A program made the position numbers and the translations under genes. Below, piece after piece: positions 11,559 to 18,740 of a stretch of DNA of 64,000 bases. The stretch covers positions 128,001 through 192,000 of the forward strand of contig CAWFGE010000015.1 in NCBI GenBank assembly GCA_963815195.1, written 5' to 3'. The notes under the pieces are model-generated. The model saw nothing but the letters and a program-made list of their open reading frames with translations. It made no database searches and was not told the DNA's origin. This stretch comes from an uncultured Planctomycetaceae bacterium (GTDB taxonomy: Bacteria > Planctomycetota > Planctomycetia > Planctomycetales > Planctomycetaceae). How positions within the stretch are numbered: position 1 is the stretch's first letter; the number at the start of each line of letters is the position of its first letter.

Positions 11559-11919
11559 CTTTCCCGTCCCCGGTTGGCCGAGAAAACACACATTGAAATG
11601 CTGGGCAATCCACTCCCCGCGGGCCAACTCCAAAATCGTTTGTTTGTGGAGGCCGGGCACCGCTTGGAAGTCGTAATCCTCCAGTCCCTTCTCCACCGGA
11701 AAGTTCGCATTGCGGAATCCGGCTGTTCAAGGCATTGGTCTGCCGGGCCGCGACCTCCAGTTCGGTCAACCGGAGCAGGTACTGCTCGAAGGTCTGGTTC
11801 GAGGCACTCGCTTCGCGGGCCAACTTCTCGTACTCGGCCAGGATTGTCGGCAGCCGGAGTTGCTTGAGGTTGGCCTTGAGGAGCATCTGGTTGGCATCGT
11901 GTTTCGGGTTCGGGGACAT
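11559..11919 (-). pseudogene. istB: IstB helper ATPase, N-terminal half (frameshift ~11710)
   Basis: LLKANLKQLRLPTI...YLLRLTELE, then EKGLEDYDF...NVCFLGQPGTGK. Confidence 0.9.
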
Positions 11920-13366
11920 AATCGGAATCTCCTTGGAAGGAGGACAGGAACTGGTCAAAATGGCTCAAGCTCGGACAGGGAACTTGAACCGACAACACGC
12001 CGGGGTGTTCGCACTCGATCGGAGTGGAAATGCCCTCGGACGATGTTTCCGACAGGCGGAGGGCGGAGGCTTCCACGCGGCGAATGATGCGATCGGCATC
12101 GGCTCCTTCGGGGCCGCGAAGTTGCTCGATCGCCGCCTGCACGCGCGAGAGCGGATGCTCGGCCAGCAACTGCAGCACCCGCACGAATTGCCGCACGCCC
12201 GCGTGGGGACCGTGCCGCCTTTCCAAACGCTCGCGGAGTTCGCCGAACACGGCGGGCAGCTTCCAATCGCGATACACGTTCGCATGATCCAAAGCCGCCG
12301 GGCGACGCGTTAATGTGGTCAAATAGTGCAAAGGATCCAGCACATCATCGCCCGCGTGATAGCTCCGTTCATGGACGGCGATGACGGTTTCGTTCAGCAC
12401 AATCTCGACACGATCCACATAGCCTTTGACCGTCACCGTTTGAAACGCGGCGTGGCGAGGCACGCTGTAGTTCACATTGTCGAACCGCGCGAACTGATAC
12501 TTGTTGACCTTCGCCGATTGCCGGATGCAGGGATCAAACCGCGGCACGGGAAGCGGAGCGGATCGCTGTTTTTCCTCCGCGAAGCGTTCCCCGATCGTTT
12601 GCGTCTGGCCGCTGCTGCAGCGAGTCGTGTTCCTTCAAGCAACACTCGCGAAGATAAGCATTGAACTCTTCCATGTCCTTCACGCGAGGCACCGGCGTGG
12701 ACCATTTCCGCTCCAACGTCTTCACGCGGTTTTCCACCACCGGCTTTTCATTGCCCCGCGCGGGCATGCAGAACAGCGGATCGAACACGTAATGACTGGC
12801 GAGCGCCTGGTAACGCGGATTGATCTTCCGCGAACGCCCGGTCAATAACTCGGTGGCCACGGTCGTCGGATTGTCCCACCAGACTTCTTCCGGCACGCAG
12901 CCGAAAAAATCAAACGCCTGCGTCATGCCCTCCAAGATCGCTTCGGTTCGCTGCGTCGGCAGCGCCACCGCGAACGGAGCGTTGGAGTACGACCAGACCA
13001 GGATCAGCACGTTGACCTTCCGGCGGCCGTCGGGGAAGTCCACCGAAATCTCGCCAAAGTCGGCTTCGATTCGCTGGCCGGGCCGATGATCCAAGGGGAT
13101 GAACGTCTCGGCATGGTTTTTCCGATGCCGATTCACGAACCGCCGCACGGCATCATAGCCGCCCGTGTATCCGTCTTCGTCCCGGATCCGCTCGAAGATC
13201 CGCATCCGCGTATGCCGCTGCTTGGGCGGCGCGGATTCATCCTCTTTGAGAATCTCCAGGATGCGATCGTGAAACCGTCCCAATTGGGGAGCCGCTTGCT
13301 GCCGCCGTAAGGCGTCGGCTCGCCCGCGCCTCGCAAGACCTCACGAATCTTTTTTCGCGAGTGATG
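11920..13366 (-). pseudogene. istA: IS21 transposase IstA (N-terminus lost, frameshifts)
   Basis: PGQRIEADFG, EVWWDN, GNEKPVVE (DDE) and ARFDNVNYSVP, spread across ORFs 12534-13283 and 11159-12547. Confidence 0.9.
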
Positions 13367-13479
13367 AGTTTCGCTGCCGCCAACTTGCGAAGCTCGCCAT
13401 AAACCAGCGGCAGCAGTTGCTCCGCCAACGAGGGATCGCCGGATTGGATTTGCGAGAGGATTCGGGTGACGTCCGACAA
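13367..13479 (-). pseudogene. N-terminal fragment of a planctomycete ECF sigma factor (TIGR02999-like), fused to istA
   Basis: SDVTRILSQIQSGDPSLAEQLLPLVYGELRKLAAAKL switches abruptly to istA HHSRKKIREVL. Confidence 0.8.
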
Positions 13480-13779
13480 GAGAATGGCCTTGAAAGAGGT
13501 GCAAACCAGCACCAGTATAGCATCTCTCCAAAAGGAACACCCGCATCAATTCCAAGCCTCGCGATGCAGGAATGCATCAAAAACAATGGAAGAATTCAAC
13601 GGGACGCCACCAAGTTCACTAGCGCGAGGATCGGCATTGCCCTCCCCGCCCACGGTTGAATGTCCCTACGGGTGTTTCACTCAGATCGCACCAAAAGTGG
13701 AAAACGAATAACCCGCGGGTCCAGAGGGCCTGCAATTCTGGTTCGCCAGTTTGAACGATTCGGGGAAGTGGCCCCCAAG

Positions 13780-13952
13780 CCTGCACCCGCTGACCCTCAA
13801 ATTCCCCATCCCACAACCTCTCCCGACACGCCCTCAGCTGGTTTTTCCACCACGCAAATTGGCGAACTGGTCTTCGTCCCTCAGAAACGGTTCGCCTAAT
13901 CCGTCAGGCTGGCCAACCGAACGCGACACGGGCTAACGTCACGCCACGTGCG
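13780..13952 (+). repeat. dispersed repeat, copy 1
   Basis: Core GGCTGGCCAACCGAACGCGACACGGGCTAACGTCACGCCACGTG; homologous to 18615-18723 and 23974-24117. Confidence 0.8.
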
Positions 13953-13963
13953 ACCGTGAAGAT

Positions 13964-14200
13964 TCAAGAAATCGTCGCCCGATACTGAACCTGCTCCAAC
14001 CGGCACGCCACCCGAAGGGAACCGGTCAAAACGTAAGCCCGCGGCGACCACCCAAAGCTGAAAACGCGGAAAAGATTGAATTGCGGCCCCACATCTTCGG
14101 AACACCGCAGTTCGTTGGCGGTGACGTAGAACGGGGAGTACTTCCCCAGGCCCGTCGTTTTCACTTCGATCAGCAGTTCCGATTCATCGATTTCGTTGAA
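13964..14200 (-). pseudogene. DUF3883 (NO VEIN C-terminal-like nuclease) 3' fragment
   Basis: FNEIDESELLIEVKTTGLGKYSPFYVTANEL...LFRVFSF; the 5' part is replaced by the CRISPR array. Confidence 0.8.
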
Positions 14201-14634
14201 GCCGCGATCTGACGTACCCGGAATACGCCGCGATCCCGTTTCCGCGGTTGAATGACCGCGGCCCCATTGAAGCAAAACGGCAAATCGGATAGATAAGTTC
14301 AACCTCATCGTTTCCGCGGTTGAATGACCGCGGCCCCATTGAAGCTCGCGCTGAAACCGTTGGTAAATTCCCGTTGGTCCAGTTTCCGCGGTTGAATGAC
14401 CGCGGCCCCATTGAAGCGCCCGCAGCTCCGCCAACATCCGCAGCCCGCGCGTGCGTTTCCGCGGTTGAATGACCGCGGCCCCATTGAAGCGAGTTCCACG
14501 AAGTGGACCGTGGTGGCGCGGATTAACGTTTCCGCGGTTGAATGACCGCGGCCCCATTGAAGCTAACGGTGCTCTAAGTTGTCCTCCCTTAGTCCTATGT
14601 TTCCGCGGTTGAATGACCGCGGCCCCATTGAAGC
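14196..14634 (+). CRISPR. orphan CRISPR array: 6 identical 36-bp repeats plus a 7-bp repeat remnant
   Basis: GTTTCCGCGGTTGAATGACCGCGGCCCCATTGAAGC at 14238, 14310, 14382, 14455, 14528, 14599; spacers 35-37 bp; remnant TTGAAGC at 14196-14202. CCGCGGT/ACCGCGG hairpin; repeat style resembles type I-G (I-U). Confidence 0.97.
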
Positions 14635-14871
14635 GGGAGTTGTAATGTCCATTGTCCTGTGGTCCGTTGATGGCGTTGTTTGGTAATTGCATCAATCCGT
14701 GATTTGTTCCGGTCGAACGCGAATGGTAGGATGGACAAACTTGAGACTGCGGTCGGGTGGGTCGATTTTCGATACAACGAGTCCATTCTTCCCCGAAAAT
14801 CCTCCGTGTTTTAGAATCCTGTCAGTTTCCCAGATTATTCAAAGCCTCCCTCGATTGCAGGCGCGGCGGTT

Positions 14872-16326
14872 ATGGTCACGAACCAGCTTTTCATTTCCTA
14901 CTCCCACGTGGACCGGGTATTTGTGGATCAACTCGCGGCGAGGTTGACCCAGGCGGGGTTCCGCGTATGGTACGACCAGAATCTAAAAAAGGGCCTGAGT
15001 TGGTCCCGGCAGGTCGAGAACGAATTGAAAGCTTCCACGGTTTTCCTGGTGGTACTGACGCCTTCCAGCGTCGAATCGGAGGCGGTCCGCAACGAAATTC
15101 ACTACGCCAAAGATCTGCCCCAGATGAAGCGGATCATCCCCTTGCTGCGCGAGGACTGCACCGTCCCGTTGCCTTTGATGGGGATTCACTGGATCGAAGG
15201 CCGGGCCGCGTTGGACCCGTTGATGACCGATCTGGTGAGGTCGCTGCAAACGGCCTCATCCGAAGAGGAAGCTGAGGATGAGGTGTTGATGGCGTCCTCT
15301 GGGACGACGGTTTTTGACAAGACGGTTTTCGAGAAGACGGTTCACGTTCCGCAGTTTCATTTCGGGGGGGTTGTTCCGCCGGAGTATTTCATCGGGCGAA
15401 ACGAAGAGTTGGTGGATGCCGAGAGCATTCTGCGCACCGGGCAGAGTTTTCTGTTGGTGGGCGTCCGCCGGGCCGGCAAGACGAGCTTTTGCAAGAAGCT
15501 GATTCACGACATGATGGGCCGGGAATCCAATTCAATGCTGATGAGCTATTTGAATTTGGAGTCCTGTCGCGATCTAACGATCGACACCTTTCTGACTCAT
15601 ACGATCCTCAATATGACGGGGGAAATCGCCCGGCAGGTGTTTCGCTGCAAGCACGTGGAGTTGAACGCCTCGGACTTGTCGAAGGTGCGTCCCGATTTGC
15701 AGGACGACGCGACGTTTCAACAATTCTACCACCTCAATCGCCTCGTCGTGTCGCGCACGCACTTCCGGGAAGACGCCCCCGTGCCACGGTTTCTGCCACA
15801 GGATTTCGTCGGGTTCACGGCGGATCTCTTGGAGATTATTCGGGCGCGCGGCTGGAGTGGGTACGTCATCCTGTACGATGAAGCCAACCATCTGCCTAAG
15901 GGCTTGTCGGTCGAATTGGTGACGGAAAACGTCGAAGCGTTGGACTCGGCCCAACTCACCAGCTTGTACGCGGCCACGCCGGAAATGATGGATTCGTTCT
16001 GCACGCTGGACGATTTGTTCGGCCACCAAATCCACATCGGACCGTTCGATTCGCGCGAGGACATGCTTCGGCTGTTGGCGCGGTACTACCACGGCGACGA
16101 TGCGAGCCTGGACGATCTGCCCATCACCGAAGACGCCCTGGACGCTGTTTGGAACCGTTCGCAAGGCCGGCCGTTTCAGATGCAGTTTTTGCTGGGCTAC
16201 AGCTTCAAACAAGCCCGCCGCGACTTGGCCTGTCTCGTGGTTCGCGAGCACGTGGACCATGCCTGGGAGAAGTTGGTTCGCCAACGTCCCGAATATTTCG
16301 GCCCTCATGCCGCGGGGAACAAGTGA
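14872..16326 (+). CDS. TIR domain + STAND/AAA ATPase
   Basis: LFISYSHVD...VWYDQ...RNEIHYA (TIR_2, Glu retained), FIGRNEEL, Walker A GVRRAGKTS, Walker B VILYDEAN. Confidence 0.9.
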   Translation: MVTNQLFISYSHVDRVFVDQLAARLTQAGFRVWYDQNLKKGLSWSRQVENELKASTVFLVVLTPSSVESEAVRNEIHYAKDLPQMKRIIPLLREDCTVPLPLMGIHWIEGRAALDPLMTDLVRSLQTASSEEEAEDEVLMASSGTTVFDKTVFEKTVHVPQFHFGGVVPPEYFIGRNEELVDAESILRTGQSFLLVGVRRAGKTSFCKKLIHDMMGRESNSMLMSYLNLESCRDLTIDTFLTHTILNMTGEIARQVFRCKHVELNASDLSKVRPDLQDDATFQQFYHLNRLVVSRTHFREDAPVPRFLPQDFVGFTADLLEIIRARGWSGYVILYDEANHLPKGLSVELVTENVEALDSAQLTSLYAATPEMMDSFCTLDDLFGHQIHIGPFDSREDMLRLLARYYHGDDASLDDLPITEDALDAVWNRSQGRPFQMQFLLGYSFKQARRDLACLVVREHVDHAWEKLVRQRPEYFGPHAAGNK

Positions 16327-18425
16327 TGGCCACGCTTCGAATTCTCCAAGGCATTTCCAGCGGGACGGTTTATTCGCTATCGCAGGAACGCACGGTCTTG
16401 GGCCGACATCCCGCGTGCCAGATCGTAATCGACAGCGGAGCCGTCAGCCGCCAGCATGCGCAGATTTTGGAGAACCACGGGCATTTTTACCTGGAAGATT
16501 TGCGCAGCCGCAATTGCACTTATCTCAACGGAATCGCCGTCGAAGGCCGCGCGGAGCTGAAGGAAGGCGATACACTGAAAATCTGCGATACAATATTTGC
16601 GTTTTCCGAGAACGGCTCGGATTCGGTGAGCGCCTGCGATCCGCTGAAAGCCGAGTTTCGCCGCTTGGCGGAGATCCTGCCCGAACAGCATGTGCATTAC
16701 ACCGGACCACTCTTGACGGAGATTCAGGCCGACTTGCTCAAGGAAGAATCCGTGGGCCGACCGATTCTGCAGCCTGGGTTTCAGGGGATCGTGGTCTTGG
16801 ATGCCGCCCATCAGCAATCACTCTTGCAAATCGACGCGTTTCTGCGATACGCCTACGTCTGCATTTGCGAGGCGTTCGGTCATAACACCGACACGGCGGC
16901 GTTTCACCCCGAACAGGTGGCTCAAGTTCTCAAAGACGAATCGACTTCGTTGTTCTGCTTCCTCAACGTGCAACGCTTTTCCGAGGAAGACCTCCATCGG
17001 CTGCGCGGGCTGGGCTTTACGCAGTCCCACCATCAGGTGCTTTATTGCGGCCTCAACGATTACATCGCCGGAAAGTCGCTGGCGTTGATCGAGGATCCCG
17101 CCGACGGCCAAAACACCATGACCATCGATTCCCAACTAGGATTCTCCTATCGCACGGGAATCTCTGCCTTCGAAACCGATTCCTCCATACGCATACCGAT
17201 CCGGCAGACGAGAAAGGAGTTTCAGTTCGACATTCAGCAAGTGTTGGATTCGCGGGACGACCTAGAAGGACTGTGCGGCAAAGTGCTGGAAGCCGTGTTT
17301 TCCATGTTTCCGCAATCGACTGAGGGGCGTGTATTCTACCACGATCCCGACGAGAAATCGTTGCAGCCGCTGGCGGTTCGTTCCCGCGACGTCCCTGCCA
17401 CCGCTCCCGCTACGTTCGATTCCGCGCTGGTCCGCGAAGTGGCCGACACGGGAATCGCCAAGCTCGCCCTGCTGCCGCGAGACAATATAAGCGTTTCGAG
17501 TTTCAATGTTCGATCATTGATGTGCGTACCTTTGGTGAGTCCAGAGGGCGGCACGTTGGGCGCGATTCAACTCGAATGTGACGGCATCCGCCAGCGATTC
17601 ACCGAGGATGACTTGCATTTCTTGACGAATGTGGCCAGGCAAACGGCGCTCGCCTTGGAAAACCACCAGTTGCGGCAGCGGCTCCTTCGTTCGAAGGAGT
17701 TCGAGCGGGAGTTGGAATTTGCCCGGGAGATTCAGTTGGGCATGCTGCCGGACGTTCGTCCCTCGATTCCCGGTTACGAAACCTTCGATTACTACGAATC
17801 GTCATTTCAAGTGGGGGGGGACTATTTCGATTACATTCCGCTTCCCAATGGCAACTTCGCCTTGGCCGTGGCGGATGTGGCGGGCCGCGGCGTGCCGGCG
17901 GCATTGATGATGGCCCGCTTGCAATCCTCCGCGCGGATGGCCTTGCTCACGGTCCCCTCGCCTTCGGACGCCATAAGCCGCCTCAACGCCGAGATCGCCT
18001 CACATGGACTGGGCTATCGGTTCGTGACATTTCTGCTGCTCGTATTGGACCCGCAGCAGCATCACGTGACGGTGGTCAACGCGGGGCATCTTTTGCCCCT
18101 GTTGCGCCGGATGAACGAAGTGACGGAGATTGGAAGCGATATGGTGGGAATTCCCTTGGGTGTGTTGCCTGATCAAGAGTTTCAAGAGCAAACCGTCGAA
18201 CTCGCTCCCGGCGATACGCTGCTCCTTTTGACTGACGGCATCACCGAAGCCATGGATCCGGCGCAAAATCTCTATGGCCGCCATCGCTTGATCCGCTACC
18301 TGGCGAACGGGCCAACTTCCGCCCAGGAACTTGTCGAGGGGTTGATCGGCGATTTGGAACGCTTCTGCCCCGGATTTCCGAAATCGGACGATAGCTGCGT
18401 CGTCTGCCTGAGGCGGCTGCCTTGA
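16326..18425 (+). CDS. FHA - insert - GAF - PP2C/SpoIIE phosphatase
   Basis: FHA (LGRHPAC, VSRQHA, DLRSRNCTYLN), GAF (SLMCVPL) and SpoIIE (VGGDYFD, ADVAGRG, TDGITEA, SDDSC). Start overlaps the upstream stop (TGATG). Confidence 0.9.
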   Translation: MATLRILQGISSGTVYSLSQERTVLGRHPACQIVIDSGAVSRQHAQILENHGHFYLEDLRSRNCTYLNGIAVEGRAELKEGDTLKICDTIFAFSENGSDSVSACDPLKAEFRRLAEILPEQHVHYTGPLLTEIQADLLKEESVGRPILQPGFQGIVVLDAAHQQSLLQIDAFLRYAYVCICEAFGHNTDTAAFHPEQVAQVLKDESTSLFCFLNVQRFSEEDLHRLRGLGFTQSHHQVLYCGLNDYIAGKSLALIEDPADGQNTMTIDSQLGFSYRTGISAFETDSSIRIPIRQTRKEFQFDIQQVLDSRDDLEGLCGKVLEAVFSMFPQSTEGRVFYHDPDEKSLQPLAVRSRDVPATAPATFDSALVREVADTGIAKLALLPRDNISVSSFNVRSLMCVPLVSPEGGTLGAIQLECDGIRQRFTEDDLHFLTNVARQTALALENHQLRQRLLRSKEFERELEFAREIQLGMLPDVRPSIPGYETFDYYESSFQVGGDYFDYIPLPNGNFALAVADVAGRGVPAALMMARLQSSARMALLTVPSPSDAISRLNAEIASHGLGYRFVTFLLLVLDPQQHHVTVVNAGHLLPLLRRMNEVTEIGSDMVGIPLGVLPDQEFQEQTVELAPGDTLLLLTDGITEAMDPAQNLYGRHRLIRYLANGPTSAQELVEGLIGDLERFCPGFPKSDDSCVVCLRRLP

Positions 18426-18614
18426 CCGGAACTTCGCCTCAGAGATTCTTCAGTGGTGCCCCACAGTGCGCAGGGCTGATTGTGTCGAAGTCTGACATTT
18501 CAATCCGCGCGACCCGGGATCGGAAGGATCTCCGTTCATCACAGCGCGACTTCCGACCATCAGACCAAAATCTGAATTTGCAGGATGCCAACGCTGGCCG
18601 ACGTCGGAATTCGC

Positions 18615-18723
18615 CACACGTGGCGTGTGGTTGGGCCGTGTCGCGTTCGGTGGGCCAGCCGAACGGATAGGGCGAAATACCAATTGTTTTGACGGGCGAA
18701 GAACAGTTCAGCCAATCGGCGTC
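18615..18723 (-). repeat. dispersed repeat, copy 2
   Basis: Reverse complement GGCTGGCCCACCGAACGCGACACGGCCCAACCACACGCCACGTG; flank similar to copy 1. Confidence 0.8.
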
Positions 18724-18740
18724 TCCATCGCCGGAGCGAT

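Larger units (their letters stand above)
9081..11561 (-). mobile_element. integrated large-serine-recombinase element (~2.48 kb) in the istB Walker A codon
   Basis: istB halves GQPGTG-K and K-TNLL flank the element. Codon AAG (CTT on +) is present at both junctions, 9081-9083 and 11559-11561. Confidence 0.85.
8558..13366 (-). mobile_element. IS21-family element (chimeric, interrupted, left end deleted)
   Basis: Terminus TGTTCGGCGTCAATTAG with a second internal GCGTCAATTAG repeat (8564, 8587); istB and istA coding sequences present. Confidence 0.85.

Noticed and set aside
11159..12547. 462-aa ORF as a single IstA fusion protein
   Set aside because: Read-through of the istA 3' end, an off-frame istB segment and the element's accessory ORF, likely joined by a frameshift.
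13964..14695. 243-aa ORF running through the CRISPR array into DUF3883
   Set aside because: Repeat-derived translation (LQWGRGHSTAE / FNGAAVIQPRK); only the last ~78 aa are a real gene remnant.
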